DNA of 64,000 bases from an uncultured Halobellus sp. (GCA_964541645.1 CAZIQT010000002.1:7096-71095); one strand, 5' to 3'; positions 18,746-28,375 are shown, numbered from the stretch's first letter. Made by a program: numbers and translations. The notes: generated from the letters alone by a model not told the origin.

Positions 18746-18830
18746 GCCGCCGGCATCGGGGCCGGAACGCCGCGGACCCCGGAGGACGAGGATTTATTAT
18801 GCGAGATGCGAAAGGTGCGGCAACGAACCT

Positions 18831-19967
18831 ATGGGCCGGTTAGACATCACGCAACTGACGAAGACGTTCGACGAGGGCGAGAACGTGATCGTCGCCGTCG
18901 ACGAACTCGACATCGCGGTCGAGGACGGCGAGTTCCTCGTCCTCGTCGGGCCCTCGGGGTGTGGGAAATCCACGACCCTCCGGTGCATCGCGGGGCTGGA
19001 GCGGGTCACCTCCGGCCGGATCCGGCTCGACGGCCGGGACATCACCGACGCGAAGCCGAAGAACCGGGACATGGCGATGGTGTTCCAGAACTACGCGCTC
19101 TACCCCCACATGACCGTGCGGGAGAACATCGGCTACGGCCTGAAGATCACGACCGACCTGAGCAAATCCGAGATCAACGACCGCGTCGAAGACACCGCGG
19201 CGCTGCTCGAGATCCCCGACCTACTGGAGAAAAAGCCCAAGGAGCTCTCCGGCGGGCAACAGCAGCGCGTCGCCCTGGGCCGGGCGATCATCCGGGAGCC
19301 CGAGGTGTTCCTCATGGACGAGCCGCTGAGCAACCTCGACGCGAAGCTCCGGACCACCATGCGGACCGAGATCCAGCAGCTCCAACAGGAGATGGGCGTG
19401 ACGACGATCTACGTCACCCACGACCAGACCGAGGCGATGACGATGGGCGACAAGATCGCGGTGCTCGACGGCGGGGAGCTCCAGCAGCTCGGGACCCCGC
19501 TCGAATGCTACCACGAGCCCGCAAACCAGTTCGTCGCGGGGTTCATCGGCTCGCCGTCGATGAACTTCATCGACGTGCGGCGGAACGGTGACGTGCTCGA
19601 CGCCGACGCCTTCGAGTACGTCCTCTCCACGGACACCGTCGACGCGGTCAGGACGGCGTCGAACCGGCTCACGATGGGGATCAGGCCCGAACACATCGAA
19701 CTCGGAACCGGCGACGACCGCAACGCCGTCCCGACGGAGATCGAGGTCGTCGAACCCATGGGGGAGACCACCTACGCGTACTTCTCCGTCGGCGGGATGA
19801 CCCACACCGCGAGCATCGACGGGGAGCGGCGGATCTCCGCCGGCCAGCAGGTCCACGTGGTGTTCCCCGAGGACAAGATCCACCTGTTCGACCAGGCCGA
19901 CGGCGCGGCGATCAAGAACAGCAACGTCGGGGACCTGGTCGAGGCGCCGAACCGCCCCGAGCTCTGA
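18831..19967 (+). CDS. Sugar ABC transporter ATP-binding subunit (MalK/UgpC-like)
   Basis: Start MGRLDIT. GPSGCGKST, MVFQNYALYPHM, LSGGQQQR, MDEPLSNLDAKLR, VTHDQ. Confidence 0.93.
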   Translation: MGRLDITQLTKTFDEGENVIVAVDELDIAVEDGEFLVLVGPSGCGKSTTLRCIAGLERVTSGRIRLDGRDITDAKPKNRDMAMVFQNYALYPHMTVRENIGYGLKITTDLSKSEINDRVEDTAALLEIPDLLEKKPKELSGGQQQRVALGRAIIREPEVFLMDEPLSNLDAKLRTTMRTEIQQLQQEMGVTTIYVTHDQTEAMTMGDKIAVLDGGELQQLGTPLECYHEPANQFVAGFIGSPSMNFIDVRRNGDVLDADAFEYVLSTDTVDAVRTASNRLTMGIRPEHIELGTGDDRNAVPTEIEVVEPMGETTYAYFSVGGMTHTASIDGERRISAGQQVHVVFPEDKIHLFDQADGAAIKNSNVGDLVEAPNRPEL

Positions 19968-19983
19968 GGCCCCGTTCCGAACG

Positions 19984-20004
19984 CCGTTCGCGTCTCGTAA
20001 ACGG
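19984..20004. promoter_or_regulatory. Candidate IclR operator, copy 1
   Basis: CCGTTCGC-gtctc-GTAAACGG imperfect palindrome, directly upstream of TATA-like TTAAGTA of the iclR gene. Confidence 0.5.
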
Positions 20005-20032
20005 TTAAGTATCGCCCGTCCAACCCTCAGGT

Positions 20033-20800
20033 ATGGACGACGAGAACGCCGCGGGCGGGCGTCGGATCCAGGCGGTCGAGATATCGTGTGAGCTGCTGAC
20101 GGCGCTGGAACGGCTGGGCGGCGCGGGGGTGTCGGAGCTCGCCGCGGAGCTCGGGCGCTCGAAGGCGACGGTCCACAGCCACCTGGCGACGTTGCTCGAC
20201 CAGGAGTTCGTGGTGAAGCAGGGCACCGAGTACGCGCTCAGCCTCAGGTTCGTGGAGCTCGGCGAGCACGCCAAATCCGGGGTCGACATCCACGACATCG
20301 CCGGCGAGGAGGTACGGCGGGTGGCCGACGAGACCGGCGAGGTGGCGCAGTTCATGATCGAGGAGCACGGCAAGGGGGTGTACCTCCACAAGGCCCGTGG
20401 CGCGAACGCCATCCAGACCTCCTCGTACGTGGGGAGCCGGATGCAGCTCCACTGTACGGCGCTGGGGAAGGCGATCCTCTCGCAGTTCCCGCGGGAGCGG
20501 GTCGAGAAGATAATCGCGGACACGGGGTTGCCCCGCCGGACCGACAACACCATCACCGATCCGGAAACGCTGTTCGCGGAGCTGGAGGCGGTGCGCGAGG
20601 GGAACGTCGCGTTCGACGAGGAGGAGGTCGTCAAGGGGCTCCGGTGCGTCGCCGCGCCGGTCACCGCCGGCGACCGGGCGGCCGCGATCAGCGTCTCCGG
20701 GCCGACGAGCCGGTTCAAAGGCGACCGGTTCCACGAGACGCTGCCGGAGCTGATCCGCGACGCCGCGAACGTGATCGAGGTCAACGCGGTCCAGGTGTAG
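20033..20800 (+). CDS. IclR-family transcriptional regulator
   Basis: HTH GVSELAAELGRSKATVHSHL; LHCTALGKAIL; DEEE...GLRCVAAP; AISVSGP..RF. Confidence 0.95.
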   Translation: MDDENAAGGRRIQAVEISCELLTALERLGGAGVSELAAELGRSKATVHSHLATLLDQEFVVKQGTEYALSLRFVELGEHAKSGVDIHDIAGEEVRRVADETGEVAQFMIEEHGKGVYLHKARGANAIQTSSYVGSRMQLHCTALGKAILSQFPRERVEKIIADTGLPRRTDNTITDPETLFAELEAVREGNVAFDEEEVVKGLRCVAAPVTAGDRAAAISVSGPTSRFKGDRFHETLPELIRDAANVIEVNAVQV

Positions 20801-20821
20801 CCGTTTGCGACGTGCAAACGG
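20801..20821. promoter_or_regulatory. Candidate IclR operator, copy 2 (perfect 8-5-8 palindrome)
   Basis: CCGTTTGC-gacgt-GCAAACGG immediately after the iclR stop codon. Confidence 0.45.
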
Positions 20822-21197
20822 CCCGGAACCGCTCGCCCGCGGACGTCGCCCGCGGGCGTCGGCCCGCCGTACGGTCCCGGGCGGTCACGTCGCTCCGGCG
20901 GTCGGACGACTGGACGCCCACGACGCGCTCTCCCGGCGGCCGTCGGACCGCCTCCCTACGTCGAACCGGGTGGCTACCGACCCGACGGCGGGACGTCGGA
21001 CCGCGGCCGGCGCGTCCTCGTGCGTTCGTCCCTCGCGAACGGACTCGCCGGCCGGCGACGGCAGCGCGCCGGACCCGAGCGACGTGAGTCCGATCGACGA
21101 GGCCCCGACGGCGCGTCGGTCCGGGTCTGACGGCGACCGCCACGGAGGCGGGGTAGGCGGAGCCTATCCATGACAGTACTACAACTGTAACGCGCGT

Positions 21198-21218
21198 CCG
21201 TTCGCAGCTCGCAAACGA
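21198..21218. promoter_or_regulatory. Candidate IclR operator, copy 3
   Basis: CCGTTCGC-agctc-GCAAACGA about 70 nt upstream of the SDR gene start. Confidence 0.5.
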
Positions 21219-21286
21219 CCCGCAGGACCGGCCCCCGCTGTGACCGGCAAAGGGTCTAAGACGCCTCGGGTCGTGGGTGCGCCGGA

Positions 21287-22156
21287 ATGTCGAACGTAGT
21301 CGTAACCGGCAGCAGCGGGGACCTCGGGCGGTGGGTCGTCGGCGCGCTCGCGCGGGCCGGATGGCGGGTGACGTGTCTGGACCACGCACGCCCCGAGCGG
21401 GAGCTCCCGGGAGGGGTGACGGCGATCGAGACCGACCTCACCGACGCCGGTGAGACCTTGGAGGCGACCCTCGCGGCCGACCCGGACGCGGTCGTCCACC
21501 TCGCCGCGGTCGGGCCGGAGTACTACGCCCCCTCGCGCGTCTACGAGAACAACACGCTCGCGGCGTACCACGCGCTGACCGCGGCGGGCGAGGCCGGCGC
21601 CGACGTGGTGTGGACCTCCAGCGAGTCCGTCTATGGGTGGGTGTTCGCCGACGAACGGTTCCTCCCCGACGCGCTTCCGGTGGCGGTCGACCACGCGTGT
21701 CGCCCCGAGGACCAGTACGGCGTCTCGAAGGTCGCCGCGGAGGCGACGGCCGAGGCGGTGGCCCGGCGGGACGGCGTCTCCGTCACCACGATCCGGCCGT
21801 CGTGGATCCAACACCCGGGCGCGTACGAGTGCACCGACGCCGACGGGGACGACGTCGTGAACAACTTCTGGTCGTACGTGGACGTCCGCGACGTGGTCCG
21901 GCTGATCGAAACGGCGCTGGAGTCCCCGCCCGACGGCGAGGTGACGGTGCAGGCCGCCGCGGCCGACAACTACGTGGGTCGACCCACGCGTGACCTGTTC
22001 GCCGAGGCGTTCGGCACGGTGCCGACGCCGTGCGACGTCGAGGGCACGGCGTCGGCGCTGTCCACGTCCGGCGCCGCCGCGACCTTCGGGTGGGAGCCCG
22101 AGTACACCTCCCGCGACGGAGCGGCCGACGACGTCGGTCCGTGGGACGACTGGTAG
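21287..22156 (+). CDS. Extended SDR, NAD-dependent epimerase/dehydratase family (possible sugar dehydrogenase)
   Basis: VVVTGSSGDLG, VVHLAA, SSESVYG, YGVSK catalytic YxxxK, YVDVRD. Confidence 0.85.
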   Translation: MSNVVVTGSSGDLGRWVVGALARAGWRVTCLDHARPERELPGGVTAIETDLTDAGETLEATLAADPDAVVHLAAVGPEYYAPSRVYENNTLAAYHALTAAGEAGADVVWTSSESVYGWVFADERFLPDALPVAVDHACRPEDQYGVSKVAAEATAEAVARRDGVSVTTIRPSWIQHPGAYECTDADGDDVVNNFWSYVDVRDVVRLIETALESPPDGEVTVQAAAADNYVGRPTRDLFAEAFGTVPTPCDVEGTASALSTSGAAATFGWEPEYTSRDGAADDVGPWDDW

Positions 22157-22402
22157 GGATCAGCGCGCCCGTCGGCGGTCGACGTGAGACCCCTTCCCGA
22201 GCCGTTATTTCCCGACTCACATTTGTTTCCTTACGTTTCGTATTTAGACGTCAAGTCCGCCCTGCCGGCTCGAATACGATCTTGATGGGTTTCAACCGTT
22301 TCATATATGGTATTCCAGTTTATATACGAAATCACGCATGTCGGCGTGCGAAGGGCCGCAGATCGTGATCCGTGATCGGAGAGGGACCGCGGGCTCCGCC
22401 CG

Positions 22403-22726
22403 CTACTCGACCCGTTCGAACCGGTAGGTCAGCACCTCGTCGTCGTCGTCCCACGTGAACCCGTCGGGGTGGACGCGCTCCATCCGCCGTTTGTACGCCG
22501 CGAGCGACTCCGAGCCCTCGCGCCGCGCGTCGGCGTCGGTGAACTCCCCGAGCGTGCGCCGCTCGACGCTCGTCACCGCGAAGGCGTCGCCGTCGATCTC
22601 GAAGGTGTCGCCTTCCTCGGCGTACCGGGTGCCCGCGCCGCGGGTCAGCTGCGTGATCTCGCCGTCGGCGACGGACTGCTGGACGCGGTCGTTCGGCAAG
22701 ATGGCGTCGGCGTCGATTTCAGACAT
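22403..22726 (-). CDS. ASCH-domain protein
   Basis: G..TQLTR...Y...GDTF...LGE.TDADARREG pattern typical of ASCH. Confidence 0.75.
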   Translation of the reverse strand: MSEIDADAILPNDRVQQSVADGEITQLTRGAGTRYAEEGDTFEIDGDAFAVTSVERRTLGEFTDADARREGSESLAAYKRRMERVHPDGFTWDDDDEVLTYRFERVE

Positions 22727-22817
22727 ACCAGCGGTACGGTCGGGGGGTCAAAAACCCCGTCGGACCGGTGGGGGGTCGGCGCTCGGTATAAGTCGGCCGG
22801 GACCCGAGTGTGGGGCG

Positions 22818-23189
22818 ATGGAGCGGCGACGGCTCTACCGCGACGGCGGCCTCGCGGCCGCGACGTGTGTCGCCCTCCTGCTCGGAGCCGCGGCGCTCGG
22901 CGTCGACGGCGGCGTGTTCGTGGACCCGCGCCTCGCGGTCGTCGGCTGCGTCGGAATGACGGGTATCGAAGTCGGCCTGCTCCGGATCCCCGACCTCACG
23001 CGGCGGCTCTGGGAGCGCCGGCGCGTCCAAGCGGGGAGCGCGCTCGGCGTGCTCGTCGGCGTCGGGGCCGCGGCGTGGCTCGGGGCCGTCTGGGCCGTCG
23101 CGGTGGTCGTCTGGGGGCTCCTCGCGTATCTGGGGCTCGTCGGGGTGGTGCTGGTCTCGGGGCGGAACCCGCTGGCACGGCTCGGGTGA
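22818..23189 (+). CDS. Hypothetical membrane protein
   Basis: Start MERRRLYRDGG; about 4 hydrophobic segments; TATA-like TATAAGT near 22787. Confidence 0.6.
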   Translation: MERRRLYRDGGLAAATCVALLLGAAALGVDGGVFVDPRLAVVGCVGMTGIEVGLLRIPDLTRRLWERRRVQAGSALGVLVGVGAAAWLGAVWAVAVVVWGLLAYLGLVGVVLVSGRNPLARLG

Positions 23190-23223
23190 GGGGGCCGCGG
23201 CGCCGCAGCCATCGCGGATCCGG

Positions 23224-23829
23224 CTACTCCGGGCGGGCGATCACGGCCACGAACGGGTCCGACCCGGGGCGGTCGCGAACGACGTCGGCGACCGCAAGCC
23301 CGCCGGCCGCACAGTACGACGACACCAGTTCGACGCGGTCGTCCATCCCGGCGGCCCGCCACGCGCGGATCGCCTTCGTGGGGAACATCCGGTTGGTGAA
23401 GCTGACGACGGCGACCCCGTCGGGGGCGAGCACCCGGCCGAACTCGGCGAACGTCTCGCCGGGGTATTGGAGGTACTGCACCGACAGCGCACACAGGACG
23501 GCGTCGAACGCGTCGTCCGCCAGCGGGAGGCTGCGCTCCCGGTTGAGATCCTGGACGAACCACTCGTCGAGTGCGTCGTTGGCGTCGAGTTCGTCGCGGT
23601 TGAGCCCGTGCCCCACGACGCGGGCGTACTCCCGGGGCGGGAGGTGCGACACCCAACTGCTCATCGCGTCGAACACCCGGTCGCCGTCGTCGAGTTCCGC
23701 GTCGTACACCTCGGTGAGCCGCCGGCAGAACCCGTCGTCGGCGTGCGTCACGAACCGCGGCCGGTCGTAGAACGTGGCGTCGGACCCCTGGTCGATCTTC
23801 GTCCGGTCGGTCTCGGAGAGCGGCGACAT
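23224..23829 (-). CDS. Class I SAM-dependent methyltransferase-like protein
   Basis: FYDRPRFVTH.DD, D.MSSWVSHLP, GLN..EL..N, QDLN, SVQYL, SFTNRMFPTKA conserved family pattern. Confidence 0.85.
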   Translation of the reverse strand: MSPLSETDRTKIDQGSDATFYDRPRFVTHADDGFCRRLTEVYDAELDDGDRVFDAMSSWVSHLPPREYARVVGHGLNRDELDANDALDEWFVQDLNRERSLPLADDAFDAVLCALSVQYLQYPGETFAEFGRVLAPDGVAVVSFTNRMFPTKAIRAWRAAGMDDRVELVSSYCAAGGLAVADVVRDRPGSDPFVAVIARPE

Positions 23830-23888
23830 CTGTGACCGGAGTCCGGGCCGGGCGGCAAAGAACGGATCGGCGGTCGGGCGGACCGGCG

Positions 23889-24791
23889 TCACTCGGTTCC
23901 GGTCGCGGTCGCGGGGAGCACGGCCCACGTCCCCGCGGTCGGCCCGTCGAACATGTGTTCGGGGACGAGCGGGGCCGGAACCGGCCGGAACCCCCCGCGC
24001 CGCATCGCCGCGATCCCGGCGTACCGCTGGACGGGCCGGCCGGCGAAGTCGCACACCCGGATCTGTTTGTCGCGGTCGCGGCGGTACGCGTAGGGGAACC
24101 GGGCGCGCGGCGGACACGACAGCGCGTCGACGCCCGCCAGGCGGGCGAGAACCGAATCACCGGCGCGGAGTTCCAGCCACGGCCCGTCGAACCCCGCCGA
24201 TCCGCTCGCCTCGCCCGCCTCAGCTTCCGGGACCGGCACGTCGTCGACATCGCCCCCCGCATCGGATCCATCCGCGTCGCCCTCGGAAATCCGGATCCCC
24301 GTCGGCTCCGGGGGTGTCAGGGTTTCGCGCCACGCCAGCTCCGGCCCGGTCGGAACAGCGGCGTAGCCGCCCTCGTCAAGGGCGACGCGGTCGGGGCCGG
24401 TGTGGAACCGCCGCCCGTCGCCGTCGGAGTCGGGAACGCCCACCGGCGGGCGTAGCAGTCGCTCGACCGCCGCCGCAACCCCGTCGGTCGGGACCACGAA
24501 CAGCGTCGCGCGACCGTTGCTCCGGTTGTGCCACAGCCGCGAGAGCGTGACCGTCGGGTCGGCGTCGGTGAGGGGCTCGACCGCGACGGGCCGGCCGCCG
24601 GCCAGGAGCGCCTCCGGCGTCGGCGCGTCGGCGTCGTCGATCGGCGCGGCGGGATCGCCCCCTCGCGACCCGTCGGCCGGCTCCGCCGGGGTGGCGATCG
24701 CGGGTGGCTCGGCGGCGTCGGTCGACCGCGAGACCGTCGTCCCCGCGCGGAGACACCGGTCGATCCCGGCCGACAGCAGCGCGTCTGTCAT
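23889..24791 (-). CDS. Hypothetical protein
   Basis: 300-aa acidic ORF in tandem with its neighbour; no motif recognised. Confidence 0.5.
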   Translation of the reverse strand: MTDALLSAGIDRCLRAGTTVSRSTDAAEPPAIATPAEPADGSRGGDPAAPIDDADAPTPEALLAGGRPVAVEPLTDADPTVTLSRLWHNRSNGRATLFVVPTDGVAAAVERLLRPPVGVPDSDGDGRRFHTGPDRVALDEGGYAAVPTGPELAWRETLTPPEPTGIRISEGDADGSDAGGDVDDVPVPEAEAGEASGSAGFDGPWLELRAGDSVLARLAGVDALSCPPRARFPYAYRRDRDKQIRVCDFAGRPVQRYAGIAAMRRGGFRPVPAPLVPEHMFDGPTAGTWAVLPATATGTE

Positions 24792-25103
24792 CGTGGTCCC
24801 GTTCGACCGCGGCGGGTAAGTGGGTTATGACCCCGGCAGGCGGAGGTTTATCCACGAAGACGGGGCCACCACCCGTGTGCGGTGAGTTTCGCCCCGCGCC
24901 GGGCAGCGGGTGTCCGGCACGTCGGCGCGGGGACGGCGGTGTGCCGGCTGTTCGCCACACGGTCCGTCGGGGTCGGCAGCGACAGGACGACGGAGCGAAT
25001 CCACGTGATCGGACCGATCGCACCGTCGTCGACTGGATCGACCGCGTGATCGGCGCCGACCGAGCCGACCGGGGGCGCTGCCGTGCCCCGGTCACGGGCC
25101 GGC

Positions 25104-26171
25104 TCAGTCCGGGCCGTCGACCGAGACGCCCGCGGAGGGTTCGACCAGGTACGTCTCGGCGTCGCGGTCGGGGAACGCGTCGGCGTACCGCGTTTCGAGC
25201 CGCCGAGCCACCCCCTCGGCGGAACCGACGTCGACGATCGCGATCGCGGCCCCGCCCCACCCCGCGCCGGTCAGCCGCGCCCCGTGGGCGCCTGCGTCGA
25301 CGGCATTGCGGACCACGAAATCGAGTTCGGGACAACTCGCCTCGTAGTTCTCGGCGATGTCACGGTGTGCCGTCACCAGCACCGCCCCGAAGTGGTCGAG
25401 GTCGCCGGCGGCGAGTGCGTCTTTCGCCTCGACGACCCGCCGGTTCTCCCGCCGGAGGTAGCCCACGCGCCGGCGCTCGGTCGCCGGCAGCGTCGAGAGG
25501 TCGGCGTCGGTCACGGTCTTCGACGACTCCCGGCCCAGACGCTCCAGGGCGGCCGTCACGGTCGAGCGCCGCTCGTTGTACGCGGAGTCGACGAGTTCGC
25601 GCTCCACACCGGTGTGGAACACGAGCACTCGTGCGTCGGGCGGGATCGGGACGGGCTCGTACGAGAGCGTCCCCGTGTCGATGTGGAGCGCCCGTCCCTC
25701 ACGACACAGCGCTACCGCGAACTGATCCAGGATCCCGCACGCGACCCCGACGTACTCGTTTTCCACCCGCTGGCCGAACCGGGCCAGCTCACGCCGGTCG
25801 AGCCCGAGGTCGTACGCCGAATCGAGGAACGCGAGCACGGCGAGTTCGAGGCTCGCCGACGAGCTCAGCCCCGATCCGAGCGGGAGGTCGCCGCCGAGCG
25901 TCCCGCGGACGCCGCCGGGGTCGTAGCCCGCGTCCCGGAGCACGTGGTAGACGCCCTTGACGTAGTCGAGCCACGTGCCGTCGGCCTCGAACCCCGCCGG
26001 GTCGAACCGTCCCGTGACGTCGAGCGCTTCCGAGCGGAGCTCGACGGTGTCGGCCGGCTCGGCGGTCAGAGCGGTGTGGAGATCGGTCGCGATCGGCATC
26101 GCGTCGCCGCCGGTGTAGTCCGTGTGTTCCCCGATCAGATTGACCCGCCCCGGGGCGCGTACCTCGTACAT
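25104..26171 (-). CDS. galK: Galactokinase (GHMP kinase)
   Basis: APGRVNLIGEHTDY galactokinase signature, PLGSGLSSSAS, ENEYVG..CGILDQ, YNERR, GARLTGAGWGG. Confidence 0.93.
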   Translation of the reverse strand: MYEVRAPGRVNLIGEHTDYTGGDAMPIATDLHTALTAEPADTVELRSEALDVTGRFDPAGFEADGTWLDYVKGVYHVLRDAGYDPGGVRGTLGGDLPLGSGLSSSASLELAVLAFLDSAYDLGLDRRELARFGQRVENEYVGVACGILDQFAVALCREGRALHIDTGTLSYEPVPIPPDARVLVFHTGVERELVDSAYNERRSTVTAALERLGRESSKTVTDADLSTLPATERRRVGYLRRENRRVVEAKDALAAGDLDHFGAVLVTAHRDIAENYEASCPELDFVVRNAVDAGAHGARLTGAGWGGAAIAIVDVGSAEGVARRLETRYADAFPDRDAETYLVEPSAGVSVDGPD

Positions 26172-26288
26172 GGCTGCGGACAGCTCGTCGTCACGTGGAG
26201 CGCGCGCCCACAAAAAGGCCGCCGTCGACGGCGAGTCGCGGGGCGAACCCGGCGCGACACTTATGTCGTCACCCCGGGACCGTCCCGT

Positions 26289-27263
26289 ATGCGATTCGGC
26301 ATCATCGGAACCGCGGCGATCGCCCGGTCGGCGCTGATTCCGGCCATCGGCCGGACCGAACACACGGTCGAGGCCGTCGCCTCCCGCGACGCGTCGCGGG
26401 CGCGCGTCGTCGCCGACGAGTTCGACGTCCCGCGGGCGTACGGCTCCTACGAGGCGCTGCTGGCGGCGCCGGACCTGGACGCGGTGTACAACCCGCTCCC
26501 GAACGGCCTCCACGCGGAGTGGACGAAACGGGCGGCCGACGAGGGGCTCCACGTGCTGTGCGAGAAGCCGCTGGCGGCCGACGCCGACGAGGCGGCGTCG
26601 GTCGTCGACCACTGCGACGAGGCGGGGGTCACCCTGATGGAGGGGTTCATGTACCGGTACCACCCCCGGACGGAGCGCGCGGCGGAACTGGTCGACGAGG
26701 AGCTCGAAGACGTCCACGCGGTGAACGCGTCGTTCAAGTTCCGGCTGGACGACCCCGACGACGTGCGGCTGGACCCCGAACTCGCCGGCGGCGCGCTGAT
26801 GGACGTGGGCTGTTATGCGGTGTCGGCCGCGCGGTTGTTTCTCGGGGAGCCTGACCGGGTGTACGCTCGGAGTCGGGACTCCCGGGACGCCGGAGTCGAT
26901 ACGGACCTCAAGGGGATCCTGGAGTACGACGACGGCGCGATGGCGCACGTCGACGGCTCCTTCGACGCCCCGGAAGTCCAGCGCTACCGGGTCGAAGCCG
27001 AGAACGGGTGGGTGGAGGCGGGGCCCGCGTTCAACGTCGCCGCCGACGCGCCGGCGGCGCTGTCGTACGCGATCGACGGCCGGGAGACCACGGAGCGGTT
27101 CGAGCCGGTCGACCAGTACGCCGAACAGGTGACCGCGTTCGCGAACTGCGTCGGCAGCGGGGCGGAGCCGCGGACCGGCGGTCGGGAGGCGGTCGCGAAC
27201 ATGCGCGTCATCGACGCCCTCTACGACAGCGCCGAGCGGGGTGTGCCCGTGCCCGTTGCGTAG
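26289..27263 (+). CDS. Gfo/Idh/MocA oxidoreductase
   Basis: MRFGIIGTAAIA, YGSYEALL, YNPLPNGLHAEW, VLCEKP, EGFMYRYHP, GGALMDVGCY. Confidence 0.9.
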   Translation: MRFGIIGTAAIARSALIPAIGRTEHTVEAVASRDASRARVVADEFDVPRAYGSYEALLAAPDLDAVYNPLPNGLHAEWTKRAADEGLHVLCEKPLAADADEAASVVDHCDEAGVTLMEGFMYRYHPRTERAAELVDEELEDVHAVNASFKFRLDDPDDVRLDPELAGGALMDVGCYAVSAARLFLGEPDRVYARSRDSRDAGVDTDLKGILEYDDGAMAHVDGSFDAPEVQRYRVEAENGWVEAGPAFNVAADAPAALSYAIDGRETTERFEPVDQYAEQVTAFANCVGSGAEPRTGGREAVANMRVIDALYDSAERGVPVPVA

Positions 27264-27310
27264 ACGCCCGACTCCCGAAGCGTTAGGGGGCTGGACCGGA
27301 ACTCCCGGGT

Positions 27311-28294
27311 ATGGAGACACGACCACTCGGGACGACCGGCGTCGACGTCACCGAGGTCGGACTCGGGACCTGGCAGCTGGGTGGCGACTGGGGCGACGTG
27401 GCCGAGGAGCGGGCGCGGGAGGCGATCCGGACCGCGCTCGACGCCGGGGTCACCTTCCTTGACACCGCGGACGTCTACGGCGACGGGCGGAGCGAGCGGC
27501 TGATCCGCGAGGTACTCGACGAGCGCTCGGCGGAACCGTTCGTCGCAACCAAGGCCGGCCGGCGGCTGGACCCGCACACGGCCGAGGGGTACTCCGAGGC
27601 CAACCTCCGGCGGTTCGTCGACGACTCCCGCGAGCGGTTGGGGGTCGAGCGCTTAGATCTGGTGCAGTTGCACTGCCCGCCGACGGACGTCTACTACCGG
27701 CCGGAGACCGTCGCGGCGCTGGAGACACTGAAGCAGGAGGACCGGATCGCGGCCTACGGCGTCAGCGTCGAGCGCGTCGAGGAGGGGCTGAAGGCCATCG
27801 AGTATCCGGGCGTGGAGACGGTGCAGATCATCTTCAACCCGTTCAGACAGCGCCCTCGGGAGACGTTCCTCCGTGAGGCGGCGGCCCGGAACGTGGGCGT
27901 CATCGTCCGGGTGCCGCTGGCGTCGGGGCTCCTGACCGGCGCGCTCTCGGCGGACTCGGAGTTCCCCGAGAACGACCACCGGAACTTCAACCGCGAGGGG
28001 GCGGCGTTCGACGTGGGCGAGACGTTCGCGGGCGTCCCCTTCGAGGCGGGGCTCGACGCGGTCGAGCGGATCGAGCCGCTGGTGCCCGAAGGGCAGTCGA
28101 TGGCGCAGTTCACCCTTCGGTGGATCCTCGACTTCGACGCCGTCTCGACGGTGATTCCGGGATCGTCGACCCCCGAGCACGTCCGTGACAACGTCGCCGC
28201 CGCCGACCTCCCGCGTCACCCTGCGGACCGCCACGCGGCCGTCCGCGAGGTGTACGACGCGTCGGTCCGCGAGCACGTCCACCAACGGTGGTGA
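27311..28294 (+). CDS. Aldo/keto reductase
   Basis: GLGTWQLGG, DTADVYG, VATK, DLVQLH, PLASGLL, VIPG. Confidence 0.92.
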   Translation: METRPLGTTGVDVTEVGLGTWQLGGDWGDVAEERAREAIRTALDAGVTFLDTADVYGDGRSERLIREVLDERSAEPFVATKAGRRLDPHTAEGYSEANLRRFVDDSRERLGVERLDLVQLHCPPTDVYYRPETVAALETLKQEDRIAAYGVSVERVEEGLKAIEYPGVETVQIIFNPFRQRPRETFLREAAARNVGVIVRVPLASGLLTGALSADSEFPENDHRNFNREGAAFDVGETFAGVPFEAGLDAVERIEPLVPEGQSMAQFTLRWILDFDAVSTVIPGSSTPEHVRDNVAAADLPRHPADRHAAVREVYDASVREHVHQRW

Positions 28295-28375
28295 CCCGCG
28301 GCGCGGTGGCGTCGGCGCGTCGATCCGGTGGGGGGTCGGGCGGCCGGCGGCGACCGGAGCCGACGCCGACGCGGG

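Noticed and set aside
20822..21197. Short ORFs in the iclR-SDR intergenic region and in 321-800
   Set aside because: Arg-rich, not acidic, and without motifs; unlikely to be coding.
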